The notes beneath the pieces are model-generated. The model saw only the letters and a program-made list of their open reading frames with translations. It made no database searches and had not been told where the DNA came from. Below, in pieces: positions 30,435-40,038 of a stretch of DNA of 64,000 bases; positions within the stretch are counted from its first letter, which is position 1, and each line of letters opens with the position of its first letter. Location of the stretch: assembly GCA_965116925.1 (NCBI GenBank), contig OZ220744.1, forward strand, positions 1,376,001 through 1,440,000, in the 5' to 3' direction. Source of the stretch: Candidatus Poribacteria bacterium (GTDB taxonomy: Bacteria > Poribacteria > WGA-4E > PCPOR2b). The translations under genes were made by a program, and so were the position numbers.

Positions 30435-30629
30435 ATGATTAAAGATTCCCTCATCGTTGAAGATATTCGTCGCGTCCGCCGCGCGATTTCAGAACGATTT
30501 GCCCATGATGTGAATGGATATATTGACTACCTTCAAAAAAAACGAGAGTCATCAGATCACGCGGATATCGTGGTCCCCCCTTCAGAACCGCCGCCAAATA
30601 CAGAAAAAGCCACGCCCCACAAGGTTTAG
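30435..30629 (+). CDS. Small hypothetical protein (antitoxin-like)
   Basis: AGGAG RBS; D.IVEDIRRVR...F..D pattern. Confidence 0.55.
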   Translation: MIKDSLIVEDIRRVRRAISERFAHDVNGYIDYLQKKRESSDHADIVVPPSEPPPNTEKATPHKV

Positions 30630-31891
30630 CTTATGGGTGTTAAATTCGTCGCAACATCTGTCTGGTACGCCTTGAAAGCAGGCACAATGCCAGCGATCAC
30701 CCCCAGAAGTATGACGCAGACTGGCACGACTACGAACGCGAGATGAAATTTCAACAGGTCTAAAACGATACCCGTCTGAGCGCGAACAATTGCTGATGCT
30801 GAGGTAAAAATCGCACCGTAGACTATAAATCCTATGATGACCCCTAATGCTGCGATCGATGCCGCTTCTAACACAATTACCGTAAACACCGTTTTACGAC
30901 GTGCGCCGATCGATCGCAAAATAGCGAACTCGCGCCGCCGTTCGTTGATGGAGTTATAGATGCTTGCGAGAATTGAACCCGCTGCAACAAGGACAACAAG
31001 ATAAGAAACGAGTGCCAGAATCTGATTCATCCAACCGATTTTGTTAAACAGATTAGCCATCACTGCCCCGATGGGCCATGCCAACGTTGCCACCTTCCCC
31101 TGTTTGTTGATCATGGCATCCATCATGAAACCGATCTGTGGATTCCGAAACTTCAGCATGACTGCGCTGACCTCTTTGTGTGCGTCGGGGATCTCTTGAC
31201 CGGGTTGGGCAACATATTCCTCACCACTTCCGCGCAACACATGGCCCTCCAGCCGATAAACTCCCTCGATCGGAATCCAGATGACACGGTCGGAGGGTGA
31301 ATTAGTCGCTTCGAGCACACCAACAACAACATATTGTTCATCATGCCGCATTGATTCATCAAACACCAAGCCGTGATACGGGTTAAACGTATCCCCTACC
31401 GTTAAGCCCAACTTCTGTGCGGCATAACTGCCAATGACTGCTTCCTGATTATTGGGATCGAAAAAACGTCCGTTCCCGCGTATCCGAAACCGAACCCCTT
31501 TGCGGTATTCAAACTCCGTAAACAACGCCGTTGTCGTGCCGACGATACGGAAACCGTAATAATTGTCTCCAAGCGCGTAGGGAATAGCGAGTTCGACACG
31601 CGGATCATTTTTCACCGCTTGATACATCGTCCACGGGATATTCCCCGGTGAGGTTTCGAGATGAAATACGGTGTTCAACACCAATTGTAACGGACTGCCA
31701 CGTGCTCCCAAGACCGCATCAAAGCCAATCGGACCTCCCGTGAATGCTGAAACGGATTGTGATCTGATGGCGATAACCGCCATGACAAGTCCCGTACCAA
31801 GCGCGATTGACAATGTGGTAATGAGGGTCGAAAGCGCGTGTTGTCGAAGACTGCGTTGAACGATGAAAAACAACCCGATCCGTTTTTTCAT
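30626..31891 (-). CDS. MacB/FtsX-type ABC permease (ZrgC-like)
   Basis: GARGSPLQLVLNTVFH and ERRREFAILRSIGA motifs. Confidence 0.92.
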   Translation of the reverse strand: MKKRIGLFFIVQRSLRQHALSTLITTLSIALGTGLVMAVIAIRSQSVSAFTGGPIGFDAVLGARGSPLQLVLNTVFHLETSPGNIPWTMYQAVKNDPRVELAIPYALGDNYYGFRIVGTTTALFTEFEYRKGVRFRIRGNGRFFDPNNQEAVIGSYAAQKLGLTVGDTFNPYHGLVFDESMRHDEQYVVVGVLEATNSPSDRVIWIPIEGVYRLEGHVLRGSGEEYVAQPGQEIPDAHKEVSAVMLKFRNPQIGFMMDAMINKQGKVATLAWPIGAVMANLFNKIGWMNQILALVSYLVVLVAAGSILASIYNSINERRREFAILRSIGARRKTVFTVIVLEAASIAALGVIIGFIVYGAIFTSASAIVRAQTGIVLDLLKFHLAFVVVPVCVILLGVIAGIVPAFKAYQTDVATNLTPIS

Positions 31892-31956
31892 TGGCTCATG
31901 TTAAGGGTCCACGGTAGGCGGGGCATCTTGCCCCGCTTTTCCTTATCAACTTTCTC

Positions 31957-32619
31957 TTATACACAATTCACTTGTGCGAAATCCTTTGCATCTTCAAATT
32001 GCCCTAAAACTTCTGAATCGTGGCTAACGATGAGCAATGCGGCGCTGTTTTCGTGGCAAATTTCACGGATAAGTGTTACCGCTTCGTTGGCATGATGATA
32101 ATCCAGATTGCCGGTCGGTTCATCGGCGAGTACGAGCCGTGGTCGATTTGCTACGGCGCGGGCAACCGCAACACGTTGCTGCTGCCCGACCGATAGCTGC
32201 GAAGGGCGATACCCCATCCGATCCCCTAGTCCGACCCGTTCAAGCAGATGTTGGGCAAAATTGGCGTCAATCCCTTTTCCAAACATCATTCCGAGCATGA
32301 CATTCTCTAAAGCTGTGTAGCCAGCAAGTAGATTGAAGGTTTGGAACATATACCCGATATAGTGGGCGCGTAACCTATCCCGATCAGATTCTGAGAGAGC
32401 AGTCATCTCCTCGCCAGCGAGCACAATGCTTCCGTTGTCGGCTTGCAGAATTCCAGCGATCAGATTCAGAAATGTCGTTTTTCCAGCACCGCTGCTCCCT
32501 CTGAGCGCAATCTGTTTTCCTGCGTCTATCTCAAAGTGGGGAACATTAATGATGTGGCTCCGTGAACCATCAGGTGAGGCGTAAGCCTTTTCAAGGTTCG
32601 TGACTGTCAAAAGGGACAT
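31957..32619 (-). CDS. ABC transporter ATPase (LolD/ZrgB-like)
   Basis: GSSGAGKT, LSVGQQQR and LADEPTGNLD motifs. Confidence 0.95.
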   Translation of the reverse strand: MSLLTVTNLEKAYASPDGSRSHIINVPHFEIDAGKQIALRGSSGAGKTTFLNLIAGILQADNGSIVLAGEEMTALSESDRDRLRAHYIGYMFQTFNLLAGYTALENVMLGMMFGKGIDANFAQHLLERVGLGDRMGYRPSQLSVGQQQRVAVARAVANRPRLVLADEPTGNLDYHHANEAVTLIREICHENSAALLIVSHDSEVLGQFEDAKDFAQVNCV

Positions 32620-32631
32620 TACAGTCTCCGA

Positions 32632-33030
32632 TTAGTCTTCTAGCATTTTGCAGTGTTGACATGCGCGGCACAAGCGGCGATTAAGAAGGTGACCTGCCAT
32701 AAGTAGAATCCCGCCGCAAGCCGTGAAGATGCTTTCGTACTCTTCTGGCACCCGGAAGCGTGCAATAAATATACATACGAACGCACCGCCTAGTATCAGA
32801 AATAATTGCCATTTTCGATGGTGTTGATAACCCCACGTCAGACTCCCTACGGCGAGTCCCACTGCTGCGACGATCATCACCAATTCGACAGATTCACCGA
32901 TCAGAAATCCAAGACCTATGAGCGGTAGGGCGATTATCAACAACGGAGTTGCCATACAGTGGAGGGCGCATGCAAAAGAGAGGCATGCCCCAACATTATC
33001 TACAAGTGAGTGATTCAGATATCTTTTCAA
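32632..33030 (-). CDS. MerC-domain membrane protein
   Basis: SFACALHC, four TM helices and C-terminal HLLN..LC..C..C. Confidence 0.85.
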   Translation of the reverse strand: MKRYLNHSLVDNVGACLSFACALHCMATPLLIIALPLIGLGFLIGESVELVMIVAAVGLAVGSLTWGYQHHRKWQLFLILGGAFVCIFIARFRVPEEYESIFTACGGILLMAGHLLNRRLCRACQHCKMLED

Positions 33031-33077
33031 TTGTTTCCCCTAAAATCATGTGATACTTATTCTTGCTTTCACTTTGC

Positions 33078-33131
33078 TTTGCCTATATTGCCAAACCCAG
33101 ATCAGCCATTAGATTTGGCAATATAGGCAAA
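33078..33131. terminator. 18-bp perfect inverted repeat (terminator or mRNA-stabilising hairpin)
   Basis: TTTGCCTATATTGCCAAA-N18-TTTGGCAATATAGGCAAA just downstream of the lipoprotein gene. Confidence 0.6.
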
Positions 33132-33154
33132 ACAATTTACCAAACAAACGCCCT

Positions 33155-33733
33155 TTACGGCGTAACCGTTACCGGAATTGAGAGTGCCGCCGTAAAATCA
33201 GGATGGTCGCCGTGCAAAAGTTGGAGTTTCGCTGATGTTTCTCCAGCTTTCAGCCCTTTCACCTCAAAGGTGAATTTCTCGGCAAGTTCATCGTCGTGGT
33301 GTTCCTCCTCTTCAGCGTGTTCATCTTCATGCTCATGTTCTTCACCTTCGTGAAGGTGGATTTCAACGATTGATGAGTCAAATTCGCTGAGAGCTAAAGC
33401 AAACACCTCTTCTTCGCCATGGTCATGTTCGTCCTCTTCTTCGGGGCTTTCAGGCAGAAATTCCTCTTCATCGTGGTCAAGGAATGCGGCAGCAATCTCT
33501 AATTCCTCCCCAACTTTGAGGGTAATACCGCCCTCATGTTCTCCTTCAAATTGGCGGTAAATCTGATTTCCGTCAACCTTGAGGACAAAACCGTCCGCAT
33601 CGGCATGGAATGGTTCGTCGTCATGGTCATGGCCATCGTCAATAATGGGATTATCATCTTCGCCACAAGCGGCGAACAGTACAACAAATGCGAGTAATAA
33701 CAACGTGAATCTAAAAAAACAGGTAAACATCAT
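33155..33733 (-). CDS. His/acid-rich lipoprotein
   Basis: FAAC lipobox, several HDHD/HEHE tracts and LLHGDHPDF. Confidence 0.85.
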   Translation of the reverse strand: MMFTCFFRFTLLLLAFVVLFAACGEDDNPIIDDGHDHDDEPFHADADGFVLKVDGNQIYRQFEGEHEGGITLKVGEELEIAAAFLDHDEEEFLPESPEEEDEHDHGEEEVFALALSEFDSSIVEIHLHEGEEHEHEDEHAEEEEHHDDELAEKFTFEVKGLKAGETSAKLQLLHGDHPDFTAALSIPVTVTP

Positions 33734-34266
33734 TTCCTCCAGATATAAATAGATCGTGTTTCCCGGCATCACCACTTAGGCAAACTAACACCACAGTCAA
33801 CTCCGCAGGGAAAAGGTATAAATTGATTAAATGAAAAACAAAAGTATAAGTTAGGCTATAAATTAAGTGGAGAACGCTGGTGGCGCACGACTTTGGATAC
33901 TGTTGTTAAGTGTCGTAGAAATGAAAGCAAAATAGAAAGGCGGGTGAATTGAGATGCACGTATCAACATTGGTAATGTCAACCGGATCAAATTCTATACC
34001 GACATGATTGGCACTGAAAAAACACGCAGAGCAATCTGTAGAACCGTGGTTCGTATGGTCATGTTCATGATCATGGTCATGTGGAAGTCCAACCAAGCTG
34101 ATTGCCATCAGGCAATAAGAAATGCCCATCGCAATTATCCAGCTAGTTGGATTGATGTGGATTCGATTGCTCTGCAAGAGCCTTTACCTCTCTCAAGAGT
34201 GGGATATTTGGAAACTGAACCGAAAAATTATAACACAAGCGGATTGACTTTGACAATTTTTTATTT
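33698..34266 (-). repeat. Duplicated regulatory cassette, copy B
   Basis: Matches 26879-27456; minus-strand TTGTCA-N18-TATAAT at 34256-34227. Confidence 0.9.
33863..34177 (-). CDS. His/Cys-rich leader peptide with C-terminal RAPP, copy B
   Basis: HDHDHEHDH, DCSAC and SRAPPAFST*; paralog of 27042-27368. Confidence 0.8.
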   Translation of the reverse strand: MQSNRIHINPTSWIIAMGISYCLMAISLVGLPHDHDHEHDHTNHGSTDCSACFFSANHVGIEFDPVDITNVDTCISIHPPFYFAFISTTLNNSIQSRAPPAFST

Positions 34267-34375
34267 CACAAATCGGCTGCCAAGGGTATAATTGAGAGGT
34301 GAAGTAGGGATTCCCTATCTACGGTAATGGGCTAATAAACTAATGAACCAATGAACTCCTAGAAAAGAAAGGATA

Positions 34376-35068
34376 TTGAGCAAAATGTATAGATTCACCC
34401 CTGTTTTGATAGTTGCGTGTATTGTGGCAATTACGAGTTTTTTAGTTCAAGCGGAGAGCGATGAAAGTGAATCGGCAGCCGAAAAATCCCGTATTCCCGG
34501 CTGGTTCCGCGTCGATACCGATAGCTTAGGTACGCATTTCCTTATCGGTGCTACTCATTCCGTCGGTGGACTTTCGCTTGAGTCTAATATCTTCATCGAC
34601 GACACCATCGGGGAGTTTGACCTCGGTGTTTCTATCCCCGCAGTTAAAGGCGATGGTTTCAGCGTCACACTGCTCCCCATGCTCGGCCTTGGATATGACT
34701 ATGCCGCGCCAGATGGGCCCCTCGCAATCTATCCACACCTCTTTGTTTTTATGCCTGCTGGAAAACTCTTCTTGAAATCGTGGACAATCGGCACCCTCTA
34801 TTCCGTGTTTGACGAAGACAGGAACAACGAGGTATACACCCGCAATTATATAACCTATTCCCTCAACAAAACCCTTGCCATCGGTCCGCAAGTCGAAGCT
34901 GTGATTGTGGGGAACGGTGTTGGGCTTGTCAGTTTGGTTGTCGGTCCGCGCATCAACATCGGCTACGGTGAAAATAACACCCTCGGCATTCTTGTTGGGT
35001 ATGACACCAAAAAAGAGGAAGACCAAACCGGGTTGACCGGAAGGTTGAGTTTCACCCGCAGGTGGTAA
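34376..35068 (+). CDS. Hypothetical outer-membrane beta-barrel-like protein
   Basis: Signal peptide, amphipathic strands and aromatic C-terminus (LSFTRRW). Confidence 0.65.
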   Translation: MSKMYRFTPVLIVACIVAITSFLVQAESDESESAAEKSRIPGWFRVDTDSLGTHFLIGATHSVGGLSLESNIFIDDTIGEFDLGVSIPAVKGDGFSVTLLPMLGLGYDYAAPDGPLAIYPHLFVFMPAGKLFLKSWTIGTLYSVFDEDRNNEVYTRNYITYSLNKTLAIGPQVEAVIVGNGVGLVSLVVGPRINIGYGENNTLGILVGYDTKKEEDQTGLTGRLSFTRRW

Positions 35069-35138
35069 CAAAGCATATTAACGGTAGGCGGGGCTGCCCC
35101 GATAAAATCGGGATTTCGCTACGTTCAACTTGCCCCGC

Positions 35139-35774
35139 TTACTTGACGATGACCATCTTCCGTGTGGTGGAAAAATCGCCTGCTATCAGCGTGTAAAAGT
35201 ACGCACCACTTGCCACCCGCTCACCGACATCACTTCTCCCATCCCAATGGATTGCCTTTGATCGATTCTCATAGGCAGATGCAATCCGATATCCAACCTC
35301 AAGTGTGCGGACAACATAACCCGTTTTGTCATAGATGGTCAAGGTGACGAAAGCATCCTCTGCCAATCGATACGGTATCCATGTCTCTAGGATTAAACGG
35401 ATTTGGATAGTTGGGTAACAGTTCCATTTCTTTTGGGGTGAGGGATACTAAAAGCTGTTCAAGCACCAGAAATCCACGTTTCATGATGGAATTCCTAACT
35501 TCAAGTGCCCGTGCGTCGGTCAGCCAACCCTGAACCTCTACCGTTGTGAGTGTCTCAGGGAGTTGCAGATGCGCTGAAGGCGCAGCTGCCGCACCGTCAA
35601 ACATCCCCGCAACCATTATTAGATCCAGAACATTGACCATCCCATCTCCGTTGACATCTACCGCTTTAGCGCGGAGGTTTGGATCGGGGATGTTTACAAT
35701 TTGTGCCGTTACGGGCAGCGGAGAAGTAAGCCAAATCAATAAAAAAAAGGAAAATAAAGAATTAGTTTTTTCAT
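35139..35774 (-). pseudogene. Degenerate secreted protein: signal + LRR N-cap + dockerin + FlgD-like tail, with the core missing
   Basis: VNIPDPNLRA is joined directly to DVNGDGMVNVLDL; NYPNPFNP...WDG...VASG.YFY. Frameshifts at the A8 run (35741-35748) and near 35388. Confidence 0.8.
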
Positions 35775-35795
35775 AGATTCCCTTCTTGAGAATAC

Positions 35796-36016
35796 TATAG
35801 TGAATTCAAAAAATAAAGAAACACTTGCGCCCCCCCGGTAGGTGCGGTTTGATGAAGTTTAAGTATTTAAATCGGTAATCCCTATTTTCCTCGAAACATA
35901 CGGTAGGCGCGGTTTTCAACCGCGCCGGTGTCGCTAGCAAATTACCGAACTGTTTTTTTAATTTTCATGTAACCGCACCGGTTTGGCGTGTCCCATTAAT
36001 TCTAAAATCTACTATA
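35796..36016. mobile_element. MITE A with MITE B (35852-35968) inserted in its REP loop
   Basis: Family A ends; GGTAGGTGCGGTTT | B | GTAACCGCACC. B has IS630-like TIRs and its own intact REP at 35902-35926. Confidence 0.85.
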
Positions 36017-36018
36017 AG

Positions 36019-36203
36019 CAGGAGTTACGCGCTGCAGTAGGGAACGCAGATCTGCGTTCCCTACGAACTCCTTGAGGGTGTCTCTGCTAGAGTTGCCCAA
36101 TTTATCGGGCATTGGCAACGGTGTCCTGTAACGATAAATCGCCGAACTGCAAGTCTAAGACTCTCCAAACAGGGCGGGTGAGCGTGTAACTGCGTAACTC
36201 CTA
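36019..36203. mobile_element. MITE family C (AGGAGTTACGC TIRs) with a GTAG hairpin
   Basis: AGGAGTTACGC / GCGTAACTCCT ends; internal GTAGGGAACGCAGATCTGCGTTCCCTAC; same ends at 55772-55910. Confidence 0.75.
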
Positions 36204-36501
36204 TTAGATAAAGATAACCTAAGTGGATCTCCTGTTTTGGGTAGGCACAAGTTGCTTTGAATCCTGATGCAGCATCGGGGCTATAATGATGCACATATCT
36301 CAATTATATCACGCCCCATTTCGCAAAGCAAAAGGAGTGGAAAGGGCTCAGGTAAAATTCTTACCCATATAATCATTCAGAAATGGTATAATTTCAACAC
36401 GTTGCACCGGTTAATTGAGGAAAAACTTCACCGTTTTTGGGTGAAGAAATCTAGTGGTAATGGATTAAGTAAGGTTGTGCTATCTACCAACATATATGGT
36501 T

Positions 36502-36592
36502 AACTCATATAAAAAGAAAGTGCAGAGCACGAAGAGAAACCGAGTTTTGCCGAAAAAACTCGGTTTCTTTGCACGAAATCTTAACGTGAGCG
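36502..36592. mobile_element. Small hairpin-carrying MITE with 8-bp target duplication
   Basis: ATATGGTT at 36494-36501 and 36593-36600; internal 14-bp stem AGAAACCGAGTTTT/AAAACTCGGTTTCT. Confidence 0.6.
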
Positions 36593-36611
36593 ATATGGTT
36601 AATGAAACGCT

Positions 36612-38849
36612 ATGAAAACGAAATTACTTGAGTCAATGCCACATTCGATTGGAGCAAAGCTGAACGGACTGCTCTCCACGGGAGAGGAGGAGCTTATTCG
36701 TGTATCTACTGACCTGAATCAGGAAGGAGAATTTGGGGAACAGTGGGTAATTGTTACAGATAAACGGCTCCTGATTGTCCCAACGACGGAGCTTAACAGC
36801 GTCATCGAGGTGCCGATTCAAGAGTTGATTCTTGTGCAGACCGAAGCCTTAGTTGGTGGAGGTCGCCTCAGCATTGAACGGAAGAGTAAACCGACCATCA
36901 CAGTGCCTTACTCCAGTTCTCTCGCAGAAAAATTTTCTGAGGTCGCGCGGGGCCTTGAGCAGCTCCGTAAGGGAGAAGCGTTTCTGATTAACACACAACT
37001 TGACCGCACACGATGCGGAAAGTGCGGCAAACTGCTCCCTGAAAAGAATGGAATCTGTCCTGCCTGTATCCGGCGGCTAGCAACACTACAGCGTATTGCT
37101 AGTTATCTGAAGCCCTACAAAGGGCTCGCCATCCTCTTGGTGATTGTTTCCTTGATAGAGATGGGTACAGCAGTGATCCCTCCAATGCTATATCAACAAA
37201 TCGTCGATGATGTCTTAATAACGAAGGAAGGAAACACCGATAGTATGTCTGAACGGCTGACCCTGCTCGGTTTACTGGTGCTCAGTTTGGTTGGCCTCCG
37301 TGTGTTGAACTGGGGAATGGAATGGGCGCATGGTTGGACGGTGAGCTGGTTGGGAGCGCGTATCACCGCCGATATCCGAAACCGTCTTTATCAACAACTG
37401 GAGTTGCTTTCACTCCAGTTCTATGATAGACGGCAGGTCGGCGCGGTGATGTCCCGTGTAACCAGAGATGCCGGCAGGCTCCAGGAGTTTTTGGTGGAAG
37501 GATTGCCCTACTTAATCCTCAACGCATTAAGGATTATCGGTATTTTAAGTATTCTATTTTGGAAACACTGGCTACTGGCACTGCTTATCCTCGTACCGAT
37601 TCCGTTTATAATGGGGTGGGGTGTTATCTTCTGGAAACGGATGCGGCTCTACTTCAATAAATGGGATCAGGCTTGGTCAGATATCATGACGACGGTGAAT
37701 GAGACGCTATCCGGTATCCGTGTGGTCAAAGCCTTTGCCCAAGAAGTAAGAGAAATCGCCACATTTGGGATTCGGAATAAGAAGATCCGGCAACTTGCCA
37801 TTCGGACGGAAATTAACTGGGAGATTTTCTTCGCTACAACAACCCTCTTGACTAGTTTTGGTATACTGGTTGTGTGGTTTTTCGGTGGAAGAGAGGTAAT
37901 CAGAGATACGCTGACGTTAGGGACGCTGTTGGCGTTCTATGCTTACATGTGGATGCTCTATGAGCCGATAGAATGGTTTGGGCAGGTCAACAACTGGATG
38001 ACACGGGCATTTGCCGGGGCGGAGCGTATTTTCGAGGTGATTGACACCCCCGCCGAAGCGTACGAAGACCCTAATGCACACTCAATATCGAATATCAGGG
38101 GAGAGGTTAGTTTCAAAGATGTCACATTTGGTTACGACAAGAGCAAACCTGTGCTCCACGAGATTAACCTCGATGTTACACCCGGTGAGATGGTAGGACT
38201 TGTGGGGCGGTCTGGGGTTGGCAAGACGACTACCGTGAATCTGATCTGTCGATTCTACGATGTTGATCGGGGCATAATTGAGGTCGATGGTGTACCGATT
38301 CAGAAGATCCGCCTTGAGGATTTACGGAGTCAAATCGGCATTGTGCCGCAGGAGCCGTTTCTGTTCAGTGGCACTGTTGCGGAGAACATCAGCTACGGCA
38401 AACCCGGTGCGAGTTTTGAGGAGATTATGGACGCGGCGATCGCAGCAAATGCTCACAACTTCATCGTTGCCAAGTCCGACGGCTATGATACCCAAGTCGG
38501 AGAGCGAGGAGGTGAGCTATCAGGCGGCGAAAAACAACGGGTTGCTATTGCCCGTGCCATCCTCCGCGATCCCCAAATTCTCATCCTTGATGAAGCGACC
38601 TCATCGGTGGATGTGGAGACGGAGAAACAGATTCAGGAAGCCATCGCCCGGTTGACTCAAGGGCGTACCACCTTCGCAATTGCCCATCGCTTATCAACGC
38701 TACGAAATGCAGACCGGCTCGTCATACTTGAAGGCGGTCGTATTGTTGAGATGGGAACACATAGCGAATTGATGGGAAAAATGGGTATTTTCTACGAACT
38801 AGTGCAGCTGCAACAGCAGACCTCAGAGATTATTGCGGTCAAAGAATAA
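36612..38849 (+). CDS. ABC exporter (TMD+NBD) with N-terminal extension and CxxC..CxxC ribbon
   Basis: GRSGVGKT, LSGGEKQR, LDEATS and CGKC..CPAC motifs. Confidence 0.92.
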   Translation: MKTKLLESMPHSIGAKLNGLLSTGEEELIRVSTDLNQEGEFGEQWVIVTDKRLLIVPTTELNSVIEVPIQELILVQTEALVGGGRLSIERKSKPTITVPYSSSLAEKFSEVARGLEQLRKGEAFLINTQLDRTRCGKCGKLLPEKNGICPACIRRLATLQRIASYLKPYKGLAILLVIVSLIEMGTAVIPPMLYQQIVDDVLITKEGNTDSMSERLTLLGLLVLSLVGLRVLNWGMEWAHGWTVSWLGARITADIRNRLYQQLELLSLQFYDRRQVGAVMSRVTRDAGRLQEFLVEGLPYLILNALRIIGILSILFWKHWLLALLILVPIPFIMGWGVIFWKRMRLYFNKWDQAWSDIMTTVNETLSGIRVVKAFAQEVREIATFGIRNKKIRQLAIRTEINWEIFFATTTLLTSFGILVVWFFGGREVIRDTLTLGTLLAFYAYMWMLYEPIEWFGQVNNWMTRAFAGAERIFEVIDTPAEAYEDPNAHSISNIRGEVSFKDVTFGYDKSKPVLHEINLDVTPGEMVGLVGRSGVGKTTTVNLICRFYDVDRGIIEVDGVPIQKIRLEDLRSQIGIVPQEPFLFSGTVAENISYGKPGASFEEIMDAAIAANAHNFIVAKSDGYDTQVGERGGELSGGEKQRVAIARAILRDPQILILDEATSSVDVETEKQIQEAIARLTQGRTTFAIAHRLSTLRNADRLVILEGGRIVEMGTHSELMGKMGIFYELVQLQQQTSEIIAVKE

Positions 38850-38920
38850 CTACTTCGGAAGGTGGTTGGGATGGATTGCCAAATCCATGTCAAAACCCTA
38901 ATCAGCAAAAGGAGCCAAAA

Positions 38921-40027
38921 ATGGCAAAATACCGAGGGGCAGTCATAGGACTTGGGTGGATGGGGATGCTCTACGATTTGGCACAACGCATGGGGGTGTG
39001 GCATGTTGATGATATCGACCGTCCCACACCCGAATTGGATGTCCACCGCAAGTTCTACTACCACGATCGACATTTGCCGAGAAAGTCGATGCCGAGCAGC
39101 TACGCAGAGGCACTGTCAGATCGGTCAGAAATAGAGCTGGTCGCCGCTGCCGAGCGTGACCGCAAACGACTCGCAGCTTTCGGGGAACGCTATGGTGTTA
39201 ATGCACTATACACCGATGCGATGGAGATGCTGCACCAAGAAAAGCCGGATATCGTTGCCATTTCCACCAATACCAAAGGACGTGCAGATCTGACCTGTTA
39301 CGCCGTGGCGTGCGGCGCAAAAGGGATTGTGACAGAGAAACCGATGGCTTACACCCTTGAGGAGGCAGACCGCATGGTAAAAACGTGTGCCGATGCCGGC
39401 GTGCCTCTATGCTGCGGTGCCATTTCGACCAGCCATCCCGCGTTCCGCACAGCCAAGGAGTTGATAACAAGTGGCGCGATCGGAGAGGTGCTTTCCATTG
39501 AGGCAGAGTCGGATAAGAATCTGTCCCAACACCAAAACTGGTCGTACTTTGTCGACAGTAGACCCGCATGGGTCATCGGCTTGGGAGATTTACCTAAGCG
39601 CGAATCTGGCAGCAACGAGTTCCGTGGTCAAGGCATGATGGTCACCGATACAGGACTTGTCGTGCATTTCAGGAAGGGTGCCCCAGCTGTACGAATCACC
39701 GGCACAGAAGGCGAACTTTTTCATCCAGAACATTACTCCGACTGGACTCTGTTTCAGGAGGTGGACACCCCTGCCGGGCGGCACCGGATAGAGGTGCCGT
39801 GGTCCGGACCGAAGATGCAGGTCGGTGGCGGTTCAATTAACGGACTAGCGGATGTGATGGAGTGCTTGGCGGGTAAACTTGACGAACCCAAAAATTCGGG
39901 CAGACGGGTGGCTATTGCACTTGAAGTTGAGATTGCCATAAAGTTATCTTCGACTCAAGGCGGCCAGCGAATTGACCTACCGCTAGCAGATCGTTCTCTC
40001 GGACTTGAGTACGACTGGCATAGATAA
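38921..40027 (+). CDS. Gfo/Idh/MocA-family oxidoreductase
   Basis: VIGLGWMG and TEKPMA motifs; start after AAGGAG. Confidence 0.88.
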   Translation: MAKYRGAVIGLGWMGMLYDLAQRMGVWHVDDIDRPTPELDVHRKFYYHDRHLPRKSMPSSYAEALSDRSEIELVAAAERDRKRLAAFGERYGVNALYTDAMEMLHQEKPDIVAISTNTKGRADLTCYAVACGAKGIVTEKPMAYTLEEADRMVKTCADAGVPLCCGAISTSHPAFRTAKELITSGAIGEVLSIEAESDKNLSQHQNWSYFVDSRPAWVIGLGDLPKRESGSNEFRGQGMMVTDTGLVVHFRKGAPAVRITGTEGELFHPEHYSDWTLFQEVDTPAGRHRIEVPWSGPKMQVGGGSINGLADVMECLAGKLDEPKNSGRRVAIALEVEIAIKLSSTQGGQRIDLPLADRSLGLEYDWHR

Positions 40028-40038
40028 GGAACAAAGTT

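Noticed and set aside
32632..33030. Mercury-resistance operon
   Set aside because: MerC-like domain only, with no merA, merR or merP; the context points to general metal handling.
34526..35071. 181-aa minus-strand ORF
   Set aside because: Antisense to the better-supported signal-peptide gene 34376-35068.
35139..35366. Evidence for a type IX secretion system
   Set aside because: Only a FlgD-like tail in a pseudogene; no T9SS machinery in the window.
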